Shown one piece after another: positions 13,169 through 26,500 of a stretch of DNA of 64,000 nucleotides (position 1 is the stretch's first letter; each line of letters opens with the position of its first letter). The translations under genes were made by a program, and so were the position numbers. This DNA comes from Bugula neritina. Its lineage: Eukaryota; Animalia; Bryozoa. The stretch covers positions 21,592,628 through 21,656,627 of the forward strand of contig OZ037767.1 of assembly GCA_964035545.1 (NCBI GenBank), written 5' to 3'. Under the pieces are notes generated by a model. The model did not search any database and had not been told where the DNA came from. It was given only the letters and a program-made list of their open reading frames with translations.

Positions 13169-14528
13169 GCTGCCCACGCCCTCTCCTTTGCTCACAATTG
13201 GTCCTAAAAGTTCTGGCTACACTTAAATTGTAAATCTTTCTTGAACAAATGATATTAATACACCCTAGCTTATAGTCAATTTACACACAAATAAGATGCT
13301 CAGCCTGGAGCAAACACTCTTTCCTAGCATTTGCCAACTACAGTTCTCTACTACTACAAATATTTAATTGCAGCTACACTACTATTTCTACAACACACAG
13401 CTACTTGCTGCATGTGACATTACAGTCATAGAAGTTTATTTTTATTTGTAAGCATATTTTGTCTTAAGTTTATTTAGAAATTTGAGTCTTTTTGTGAAAG
13501 ATGTAAACTTTTATAGATATACAAATATTACATGATTACATTCTACTACTGTTTTGCATGCATTACAATGTCAATCTTCTCTAGTGAAATTCTGATTCAC
13601 TGTAAATATTGGTCACCAAAATAGATTTATATTCACTGTCTATTCATGCACCTAAAGAAGTTGTGAAGCTCTTAGCAACTTCTTCGTTGCATGGAAAGAC
13701 AGCAATTTTGTATCAGTTGAAACTAATTGTAACAGGCAGATTTTTACATGCTGCATGGATTTTATGATTTACTAGTATTTATACTTATTGTTACAAATAG
13801 ATATGTGGTCAACACAACTTTAAATTGCAACTTTTTAATCAATATTATCTTGGTTATCAATTTATAACTCTTGTTTTCTCCATTGTAAAATCAAAAACTT
13901 GAACATTAGAAAGCAGGCGTACTGCATATTTACTGTTAGCATATGCTTCAGTCAGTCAACTCAGATAGAAAACCCAAGCCTGTAGTAATGTATCATTATT
14001 ACTGCTCACCTAAGACTAATCAAGGAGCTTGTAGGTTTAGTTAGTTGAATTTTGAAAGTATCATGAATTGACAGAACAACCGTCTAACCTCAAAATGTAT
14101 CAGAGTAACTTTTGTATTTCCGCTTTATGGTTTTAAAAAAATATTTCTTGAGATATATTACAAGTGTAAAATTTAATAAAATGCAACTCAAATACAATTG
14201 AAATGATAGTAGCGCAACATGGAGAATATTTCCTATAGCCTATAGTCTACATTTGCATGTTAGATTACAAAGAATGGCAACCGAATGACACACCAGACAG
14301 CCTTTCCTGTCTCACAGGTAAAATAACAGGTAAAGTAATACTGTAGAGAAAAAAGCATTGACTTCAAAGAAAACACATGTGCTAAACAACTAGTGAAAGG
14401 CACAAAAAATCATGAAGAATAATACTAAATTATGAGTTTAGTAGAAACAGTTCATCTGGGTGTGGTTCAATGTACAGCAACTCATATATACTCTGAAATA
14501 GATATCTAAATGTACATGTGTCAGTTGG

Positions 14529-17500
14529 TCATCTATAGAGAATGAGAAAATCTTTCAACATGGGAGTTATGTCTCTTGCATCTGTGGCACTACAACAAAA
14601 TCATACAATATATTTATTCCTTTCAGTTGGCACCTTAGAGTCACATAAAATTATTACCAGTATTAATTCCTAAGAAAACCAAATGTAATACAACATTTTG
14701 AATTAAAGGTGCGTTTACCTTGTTACACCACTATGGAAGTTCTTCAGTTGTTGAGCAGTGGCAGTGACCACCCCACCTGTACTCTCAGTGGGAAGTGATT
14801 TTAGACTATGCTCCAACCATGTTGACACTGATGGGCGATCAAATGTGAGCAGAGACATGAAAACATCTGCGACATCAATCTGAATAACATATTGTAATAT
14901 TTACTAAGGTATATTACAATATATTGTAATATTATATTAGTGTATATTACAATATATTGTTTTATTATATTAGTGTATATTACAATATATTGTAATATTA
15001 TATTAGTGTATATTACAATACATTGTGATATTATATTAGTATCTATTACAATATATTGTAATGTATTGCAATACAATATATAGTAATAAATTACAAAATG
15101 CATAAATACTATATATACTTCTCCGTTACATGTTTTTTTCACCAATCTATAATTAGTTATTTTAATTACACACATCCAGAATATATTACAATATGCCCAA
15201 TATAAACATAATGTATTATATACATATGGAACACGCTATTTATTTATAGTATATGATTCAATAATGAGCATCAATTGAATGAGATAAATGCTGGGCTGTA
15301 GCAGCCAGTCAGGTTGACTTGTTCATTGAGAAATAAAGTCATGTGACCACTAATTGTTGTCCGTTCTCACAACAAAGTAAATGCATTTGAAAAAGGAAGC
15401 ATATTTAGCAGTTAAGAACCATATTCAGAACATAACCTAATGTTCTACTTTAGAGTCACAAGCCTTTACCATTCTAGCTTGAACTTACAATTTTTTAAAT
15501 ATGCTTTCATAGAAACAATAGTTCTATCTGTTACGAAAGACTAAAAAAGGTTTGCTATAAAATAGTTACTGCACAGTGTACACAGATTGAGATTTTGAGG
15601 CTAAAGTGTTACTCAACTATCATACATATACAAACCCGCAATTGTTCAAGAAACATGGCTAAACAAAGAGAAGACAATTACCATTAGACTAGATGGTAGG
15701 GCAGAGACACAACACTGCAGCAGAGTGTCAACCAGTAAAGGGCCCTCTCTTTGAAGTTGTTCAGCAACCAGTTTGTATGTCGTGGTGGACTCAGCATTCT
15801 ATAGCGACATCATAGATACAGTGTAATGGCAGCATAAATACAGTGCAATGACAGCATAGATACAGTGTAATGACAGCGTAGATACAGTCTAATGACAGTA
15901 TAGTGACAGCATAGATAGAGTATCTATGACAGCATAGTAACTGGGTAGAAACAACAAGTATAATAACTTACAAGAGCCTTTTTGCTAGAGCTGGGAGACG
16001 GTACATTGAACATCTCTACAAGAAATCTCATAACACTTGCGTTGGCATCTCTGTGCTGAAGAGTGGCAGCGGCAATGGCACACTTCATCATTGGGGAGGT
16101 TATGGAAGAGCTCAGCAGCACTAACCGATCTAAACATACACATGATGACATAGTTCAGCGTAGAATAATTGGGCACGTATGCAACTAATTGCATTATAAA
16201 TTACAAGACATTACAGTAATACTGGTAATGTTTCATGGCTTAAATTAACTACCTAAAGCTACTTGAAACAGTACGGTCACTAACTGAAGATACTGGAGTT
16301 ACTGTAGTGACTATCAGCAGCTACTCAAGTTCAACAACCTGAGCTTACTTGAGAGATTACCTAAAACTGCAGACTATTCACTTCACATTTATACTAAAGG
16401 AGTGAGACTGATCAACATTCACACAGACACACAGACTGACAAACCTCTTTGCAGAAACCGGAGGCAGAGTCTAAAGAAGTCGTCGACAGTGTCGGAGTGA
16501 AGGACGAGTCCATTGGGCTTTGACAAGAGTTCGAAAGTTGGCATAGCGAGAGCCTCTGTCATGTGTAGTAGCCCTGCAAATCGTAACATGTGTCAACCTG
16601 TGTCAACCTGTGTCAGCACATGTCAATACGTGTCAGCACATGACAACATGTGTCAATACATGTCAACACGTTATTCTACTGTATATTATTTCTAACAGCA
16701 CTACGAGCTGTAAAACAGGTCAGCTACCAATATCGTAAAATAGTAAATCAAATAAAAACATTACTTTTACATTTGACACTTTTGGGCAAGTAAACCGAAA
16801 ATTTTTTGAAGTATTGCGAGACTCAATCAAAATGCACCATCCCTTTATTTCTGTAGAAATTAAAAGTAAAGTTCAGTATCTTTCAAAGGCCTCGTGGGGT
16901 TCAAATCCTTGCCACAATCAAGTTCTCTAGCAGCATGCTTTATTTATTCTCCAGATCATAGAATGCAGAACACCATTGAGGGAAATAAAACACAAAGTAA
17001 AAGCATGTATTTACATTCTAACACTAGAAATGGCAATAGAATGTACAGACCTTTGATACAGTGGCAGTTAGCACCAAACACATCAACTAGAATAGCACCG
17101 AGGTAGAGATAGCAGGAGTGGAGGTGTTGGGAATAGAGGGACACCATCAGAGTCACAAGAGGCTCCAACAATGGTGTGAAACTTCCTCCCAGATTTCTGA
17201 TGGCAAACCGAATACACCTGTGCGGGATAAAATGACTGCTTTTAGTTGATAATACAGCACAGCTAGCTTACAGCATTAATACTTATTGGGTATCACCTGA
17301 CCCGCCAAACCTACCTCAAGAGTTGTCTGCTTTTTCAAATTAAAGTTTATTAAGAGGGAAACAAAATAGCCTAAGAAATGCACTCAACACAATGAATACT
17401 AACATAGTAAGATAGTTTCACTCTTAGACATACAATCTGTACCTTAGATCACACATATACACAGAATTCTGAGTGACATACACTGGAAGTTAAGGAAAAT

Positions 17501-20500
17501 GATTGCAAGAAGTGAACCAGGAGGCGTTGCAAAGTGCTAACAGCACACAGCTCTACTCTACGGTGTTCATGCATGACGTGAAGATATGACCAACACACAA
17601 AGAGAACACCTGCAGCAACAAAGCATACCTGCAGCATTTTTCTATGGTTTTCACATCCGACTGATATCTGTTACAAACTTTTGCAAACGTGGCCCACAGC
17701 TCGGCGATGACCTGGTAACAAGGATGGTGGCCGTTTTTGACAGCGGGCACTCCGTATCTAACTACAGATGTCAGTCTATCTAACCAGAAACCGGGGTCCT
17801 TCTTGGTCGCCCTGTCTTTAGAACTTAGTGAGCTGGAATCTTCTACCAACTGTTAGACAGCGAAATAATGTAGTGTGATTATCTATTGGCAGCAGCGGAA
17901 TACTACAGGGTAACTAAGAACTAGTAATAGTGAAATATTGCAGAGTAATTAACAACTAGTAATAGTGAAATATTACAGGGTAACTAAGAACTAGTAATAG
18001 TGAAATATTACAGAGTAATTAACAACTAGTAATAGTGAAATACTACAGGGTAACTAAGAACTAGTAGCAGTGGAATACTACAGAATAACTAACAACTAGT
18101 AATAGTGAAATATTACAGAATAACTAACAACTAGTAATAGTGAAATATTACAGGAAAACTAACAACTAGTAATAGTGGAATATTACAGAGTAACTAACAA
18201 CTAGTAATAGTGAAATACTACAGGGTAACTAACAACTAGTAATAGTGGAATACTACGAGGTAACTCAACTAACCTTCTCTAATGGAACAACTTGATATTT
18301 ACACAATTCTCTTATTCCTTCACAAAGCAGCTGCTCATTTGGAAACTTTGATAATATCACAGCAGCCGCTACAATTGGGTCCACAGAACATTATAAAACG
18401 CAGAGTGTACAAAACCACTGAGTGTGGGTACAGTTTTATAGAATGATAGAAAACATAGAGTTTGATGAGTATGCTGTGAGATTGGTATACATCGAATGAT
18501 TACCACAGGAAAATCTAATTTTTAATACACCTTTGAATTGTGAACACACCTTTACTTCTCTATTTGTAGTATGAACATACCTTTAATAGACTGCTTGTAG
18601 TGTGAACATACCTTCACTACACTGTGTAGTGTGAACATACCTTTAATAAGACTGCTTGCAGTGTGAACATACCTTCACTACACTGTGTAGTGTGAACATA
18701 CCTTTGATTAGTCGAACAGTGCCGTCTGTAGTAATATGGAATGAGTCGACATCTTTGACAACTTGAAGCAGAGTGGGTAAATTATCCATCATCTGTTTCT
18801 CTTCCATACACTCGGTGCAGATAAGGTCTAGAGAGGTGGCGGCCATATTTGACAACTTTGGTATCCGGAGGCAGGAAAGCAAGAGCTGAAGCGCGGGATC
18901 TGAGAAGATGATGTACAAACTAGCAGTTTACGGGTACCAGCATCACTATAATATATTCCATGAGTAGTTAAAGGGAGTTCACACTGAAACATAATATGGC
19001 TGATTTCCTCGTCTGGTTTCCCAACCATGCTAACTCACACCAATGTTACGTAGAGGCTGTATCGCACACAGCGCAGAGCTAGGCAAAGCCAATAGAACCA
19101 TTTATGTTTCATAAATGGCACAAACCTGATTCAGTAATAAAAAAACCGTTTGAACAAAAAAATCATGAATTAAAAACCTCCCTAGTTTCATAGTTAGAAC
19201 TATTCTATACTGCAAGGTAAACACAGCTTTAGTAAACTCACTAAATTGCAGTGCGAATAGCAAGCAAATACAGTTTACACTTACTAAGTATGTGGGGGTT
19301 GTGTTTGATCCACTCCTTGAAGCCCCCCAGTAGAGAGATGCAGGTAAAAGTAAGAGCAGCATGGTGTCTGACAGGGGGGTTACAGTATTCGGTGAGTACC
19401 AGGTTGATCACATGTGGTACTATAATGTCTTCCTTCCTGCAAGTGTAAGGAGAGAATGTTACAGCTTCTCAGATCCGAGTACTACTAGCATATTAATGTG
19501 ATTATCAGTATTCACCTTAAAAATCAAGATGAGTACAAAAAATTATTTTTCTAGAAATATTATAAAAAATTAAATGATTCAAAGATGCTGCAGTTTAACA
19601 GTGAAAATGCGTTACGAGAGAGTCCTATATGATGTCGCCATAAAACTACAATCGTAGGTAGGAAATTTCTTGTGGCATGAGACATAAAACTTACGGCTCC
19701 ATGTTCCCTGCTATGGCTGTCATAACAAACAGGTAGGATTCCGTCACGTTCCAGGTGAGGGACGGGTTGAGATGTGTCAGCAACTGAAAGAGCAAGGTGT
19801 AGACGACTACTACACAACGTATAGTTTGCTTGGGTTGAGAGAGTAAGCCCCACTGTGAGGTATAATGCAAGGTGTAAGGGCGTATATAGAGTATACTAAG
19901 CCAGATAACCAGATGTCTCTTAATGCAGACAGTACAGATAAGAATTAATAAGTTTCAAGCTTTTCCACATAGATATAAGACACATCCAGAAGAATGGTTT
20001 CTAAGACTAGACAATAAATGGTAATTGGATGGCTGTAGGCGAGAGAAGGAAGAAGAGAACCAATAAAAGTGAAGGCTAACCTCTCTGAATAACTTTGTTG
20101 AGCTGACGATAAATATCACGTCTTTGATGAGGTCACTGGTTCGCAGCCGGAAGTCATAGAAGTCTTCAGATTGTTCTAGAATACCATCCTAAAACAATGA
20201 GTGCTACAACACTGTAGACATCCACTACAACACTGTAGACATACACGGCAACTCTGTATACATACAATACAAAATTGTAAACATATACTACAACACTATA
20301 TACATATACTACAAAGCTGTGTACATACACTACAAAACTGTATACATACACTACAACACTGTAAACATACACTACAACACTGTGTACATAATAAATATAC
20401 TACAACACTGTGTACATACACTACAAAGCTGTATACATATACTACAACTCTGTATACATATACTACAACACTGTATACATATACTACAACACTGTACACA

Positions 20501-23500
20501 TACATTACAACACTGTGTACATAATACATATACTACAACACTGTGTACATACACTACAACTCTGTATACATAATACATATACTACAACACTGTGTACATA
20601 CACTACAACTCTGTATACATATACTACAACACTGTACACATACAATACAACACTGTATCCAAACACTACTACATGATGTACTCACATGATCCTGGTCTAG
20701 CTGTACATGTTTACAAACCGAGAGAATCAGCTTATGAACGTAGGGGGAGAACTGTGAGTTGAGGGACGTGTCATCCACTTGGTAGAGATGCTCGGAAAGA
20801 CTGTACCAGAAGTTGAAGCTAATCTCCGCCACCTCATAAGCCTCATTATCCAGTGTTGAGCAAATCAGTTCCAGTTGTGAAAAGTTACCCAAACCCTACA
20901 GAGTATGAGCATGAAAATGAGGGTGCTCGATGTGATTCAGTAAACATCAATGTTACAAGGATTGCTTGAAGCAGTTAGTATATACCCGCAGGCCATGACC
21001 AAAGCACGGTTCATTATACAACAAGTCTCTATATATTAATAATAATTGGATTCACCTATACTATATAATTACTATATAATATGATTACTATATTATAATT
21101 ACTATATTATATAATTACTATAATATAATTACTATATTATATAATTACTATAATATAATTACTATATTATATAATTACTATAATATAATTATTATATTAT
21201 ATAATTACTATAATATAATTATTATATTATATAATTACTATAATATAATTACTATATTATATAATTACTCTAATATAATTACTATATTATATAATTACTA
21301 TAATATAATTACTATATTATATAATTACTATAATATAATTATTATATTATATAATTACTATAATACAATTACTATATTATATAATTGCTATAATATATAA
21401 TTACTATATAATATAATTACTATATTATATAATTCCTATATAATATAGTAATTATATAATATAGTAATTATATAATTACTACAATACAATTACTATATTA
21501 TGTAATTGCTATATAATATAATTACTATATAATATAATTACTATATAATATAATTACTATATAATATAATTACTATATAATATAATTCCTATATAATATA
21601 ATTACTATATAATATAATTACTATATAATATAGGCGAATCCAATATTTCAATACAAATAACTTACAGAAACAGGAGACTAGAGTCAACTATCAACCAAGT
21701 CAATAACTCATCTTTTCAAACTTTGTGTTAAATCAGAGCTGTGTTACAACTTATATCTGTTCCTGTGCAATAGCATATCACAACAATGGACGAAGCTAGC
21801 CAATAGAAGTCAAGCTAACAAGCCGCTAGCCTATCAGAGCACTGCATACATACTTTGTTTGGGAATTGAATGAGGGCCTCCAAAAATGATTCTGCCATCT
21901 CCGTGAATATTCTTGCAAAGTTGAGACATCTAAAACAGAGAAGAAAATATGAACTACAAGTCGGGTGTCTATAAGAAAGAGTTACCTATGACAACTATTG
22001 CTAGTTGTCATAGTAACTACAACAAGGATTTTCAGTTTGAAGTATCATAAACTGGCAGTCATTTAAGCTAAATATTAAAACATTCAACAAACCGACAACA
22101 CAGAAGATACCAAAAAACACCAGGCAGTGTCTGTATTACCCAGTAATATCAATATTACCGGACTTCTAATCATGCGTTACCTGTCAGTGTCGGACTGTGC
22201 AGCACACTGCGCGTATGTAGAGGAGAGATTCATGATTCTTTCAAAGAGGGACTGCGCGAGATGGCCGTAGCGAGTCATATCTTCACACTTGTAGAGAGCC
22301 GAGCAAAGGCAATCCGTGGCAGCCTCATGCAGTGTTGACTGACTACTTAAATCCATCTACAACACAGCTAGTCAATAAGATTCTGCATAGCCAATGTAGA
22401 AGTGGGTTTATCAAAGGGGTGAGCAACTCCAACCATAGCCAGCAATAAGAATACTCTGTGTTAGTTTAAAAAAATTTGGAAATTTTTTTCTAACTTCAAG
22501 TGCTGTAGGAAAAAAGTATATATCTACTATAGTTGCACAACCTCCTTTTGAATATTATTTTAATGTTACGTTTTTTGTGCTATTTGAGTTGCCAAATAAA
22601 TATTATATTTTCGAAAAAAAATTTTCGTTGAAAAATAGGGAATACATCAATACGGGCGAATAATGGATAGTTTGATTACCATTGATATAACTAAAAGCAT
22701 TATTGAACAACATATTATAAACAAAAGTTAAAAACCAATAAAATAAATTCAAAGTTTTTCTTTTAAATGCAAAAAATTACATATATACTCAACTTAGTTT
22801 TACTTCTAACTTGCATTATTTGTATGAGTGCTGCACAACACCTTGAGTAATATCACTTATAAAATAGTACAGGAGTTATTTTGCAAAAAAATTATTAAAC
22901 ACTATTAGAGCATTCTATCTTTATTTCCATTACCAACAGTTTAGTTATAAACATCTACACGATAAAAGTAAACTCATATATCTATTAATTGTTGTATTTA
23001 TATCATTTTCAATAAATTTATTTCTAAGCAAGTGCCTAAACTGTGAATTTATCGTGGAATGACAACTCCTTATAGAAATAGCCACCATGATGGCACAGCA
23101 TAATATCCTGTTGATGTAAGCAGGCTTGTTTTGTCAGTACATTCAACTATTTTCTAAAACCAGTCGAAATTGTTTAAAGAGAGAAAATACTAGACAACTG
23201 AGTGGTTCAAGCATACATAGCTACAGATGAAATACAGCTTCGAATTGGTATACCCAACTAAATTGATTTTATAGAATAATCTTTCTCTGTCCACGCATTT
23301 ATATTTATCCATCAGCTTAGACAACCTGGTGGTGATGGTGCTAGGAAAGTTAGCAAATAACTATTATTGATATAACATATAGCAAATGCAAGTTTGTTTC
23401 ATTGCTGTCTGGGTCACTTACAAAATCCTTTTCTGACGGTTTTCTTAGAGTTTAGGTTAGAAGTACAATAGCAATAGCTAACTGAAAATAAATCACAATG

Positions 23501-26500
23501 ACTAGAATTATAATAGTTATTGGTATCATTTGGGACATCCATCCTATGACATGACGTATAAGCTGTACAGTATATTGAGAAGATCTTACCAGATAGTGAA
23601 AAAGTGCCTCTAGGAGTGGGGATTGTCTGATCTCACCATCTGGCACGGCGCCAACACTGAACCAACTACCCAAACACTTGAACAGCCGCCCACACAGCTG
23701 CTGGTCTGTGTAGTACCCACTGAGGCAGGCTACCTATAACATAGTATAAAACCACTTAATTTAAGTATAAAACCACTCAATGCAGAGTAACCCATATTAC
23801 TCTTTACCAATGTTATCATTCTTACATCAACTGACAAAACATTTGTATACATATAAAATATTGTGTTGTTTAGGTGATGCAACAATTACATGTTATATTT
23901 ATCTTTTGACAGCAAGAGGTTTTTACAGCACAGCCTGAGTATGTAGGGAGGGGACTGCACACGCCCTTCTAGAAAGATTAGCCTGAGCTACACCCCCTGA
24001 CTAAAGTCCCTATTAGATTCGCACAGTCTATACAAAATATTCATAAGCACAGTTCAAGAACTGGTGCTAGCTGCATCTGCCAACCAGGATCTCACTATAT
24101 TATTCCACAAACCATTGTGGTTTCATATTCTTAGAGTTGACAACAATTAATTATTCTGTCAATCACTTGATCTTTCAGTTTAATCGACTTTTTGGGTAAA
24201 TTTGGCAAGCCGCCAGTGAGCAGATTATTTTTAAATGCATAAGAAAGATCCTATTTGAATAGGTATGAACAACCAGAAATAAAATTAGGGCGTAAAGTAT
24301 ACATAAATTATATCATATTATATATACTATAAATAGAGGAAAGAGAGGGAGTGTGATATAACAGTACAGAGTATACAGGGACTGCACAATACGGATGTGC
24401 AGTGCTGGGAAAGGATACAGGAACTGTTAGGGAGATCCTGTTTTGACAGCTGGCTCTGAAATATTTTACATAATTTGGCATAAGAAGGGCTGGTGTTGAT
24501 GGAAGAGGTTAGAGTACTAAAATGATTACGGTGTGAGTACATCGTGGTATATGAAGCTGCAGTACATGCAAGTACAATCAGTGATATACAATACAATATT
24601 ATCATATTCATTATAATAGCATAGTCACAAAAAACGCAAAAATAAATAAATTATTTACCAAGTGTTGATGTAATAGTTTTAAAACTTACATGTTGGTATG
24701 CATATCAGTTTGCAATTATATATCTACATTATGCTGTATATATATAACATACATACTTTTTAGATATAGCATGGCATACCCTTTGACTTACCAGAAATTG
24801 ATGGACTCCTTCGAAAGTCTTGGACAACTGTTCAGTTACCTCAGCTCGGCGATTAGCTCCAATCCTTAGAGTCTTGTTCATTAACTGCAAGTACTCTCAC
24901 ATATTCAGAATGACGTTGAGTGAGAGTGAGTGTGTGAGTGAGTTAGTGAGAGTGAGTGTGTGAGTGAGTTGGTGAGAGTGAGTTAGTGAGAGTGAGTTAG
25001 TGAGAGTGAGTGTGTGAGTGAGTTGGTGAGAGTGAGTTAGTAAGAGTGTGAGTTAGTGAGAGTGTGAGTTAGTGAGAGAGTGAGTTAGTGAGGTGAGTAG
25101 TAACCAACAAACAGTGGGAGAACATATGTTGATGACATCCTGGTAGGAAAGCCGGCAGTATGGAGGAAGGTGAGTTGAAACACTCAACACTTGGCAAAGA
25201 AATGTGATTTTTATACAACCACCACTTCCCTATTTACGATGTAACAGAATACAAATATTATGAATACATATAATTAAAATACCAAACAGCTTCTACATAG
25301 CTGCATAGCATGAACTTGCTGAAGGAAACCCAGGCAATGTTTTACCAGCAGCTAATCTGTACAGAACCTGAGAAAAAGGATGTGCAGAAACATAAATATC
25401 AAAACATCAGCTGAAATCTCATGCATCAAATGAGACCAATGCGTGCAACTAAGTAGCACCAGTTATTGTGACCTGCCATTAGAACAGCCTGTCAAGGTTC
25501 AAGAAATTATTCTGGAGTATATTAGAATGTGCTGACAGGCGAGCATATATAAGGAAACCACCTGGAGTAGTATCTACCATGTTGACCTTGACCTATAAAG
25601 AGAAGGTCAGAGAAATACGAACCTCTTCAGGAAGGACGGTAAGAATCTCCAGAAGCACGGGATAGGATGCAGGGTTTGGAGCAAACTTTGTGAGCAAGTC
25701 AGCGACAGCGTTTTCCCAGGCAGCCATGAGGAGGGCTAAGTCAGCGATGGCGAGAGAGAGCTGAGTGACAACGACGCTGGTCTGACTGTCACATGATGAA
25801 ATGTGGTTGAGAAGGGAGTCACGAAGAGAGTGGTGTGACGTCCCGGGCAGCTCATAGAAATGATGCTGTATCTGTAAATAGAAGAGTCCAACAAGTGCAT
25901 TCCATATAGTAGTGTTGCTGTGTGTGCACATGACACCAACAGAAGTGCTATGCCTCACACAAGAGATGACTAGTTTGTCTTTATTTCTATATCATTTTCT
26001 GAAGCTACAAAAGTTTTGCAAAAAGTGTTTAGAGAGCTATGTAACTATTGTGGTGGTTTCATTGGTTAAACTTGACACATAATTTTAAGTGGTCTGAACT
26101 AACTTTGCATTTAAAAACTGTGCCAAACTTCATTGACAATTAAGTAATTAAGATTTAAAATAGAAAATAAATGATAAAACTACTGCGAATTATTTTCTTA
26201 ATTGCAAATCTGCTAGAGCTAAAGAAATAGTTTAAAATATTGAAAAATAATGGAAAAATCAAAAAATCATAAATTTTATCCACATTTCACAGAAAAATTG
26301 CAAGACAGGCAACAGATTAAACATTGAGTGATAAAGGCAGCATATTAGAGCTGGTGGGAAAAATTCTCTTCTATACAAAACACAAGTTCCCCTCCTGCAT
26401 ACAACATAGTCATAGCACAGCTATACCAAGAGCTTAGTAATATAGTAGCCTGTTCTGAAAGGTTGTAGTGAATTCCACTAAACAATGAACTAGTCACCTA

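Noticed and set aside
16885-16915. B-box GGTTCAAATCC (similar fragments at ~6610 and ~6960)
   Set aside because: Isolated, with no cloverleaf; at most SINE debris too decayed to call.
19278-19290. Apparent non-canonical TNPO3 donor
   Set aside because: In the correct frame (..NPHIL) the junction is a canonical A|GTAAGT.
20166-20676. Overlapping repetitive ORFs on both strands
   Set aside because: Intronic minisatellite of TNPO3.
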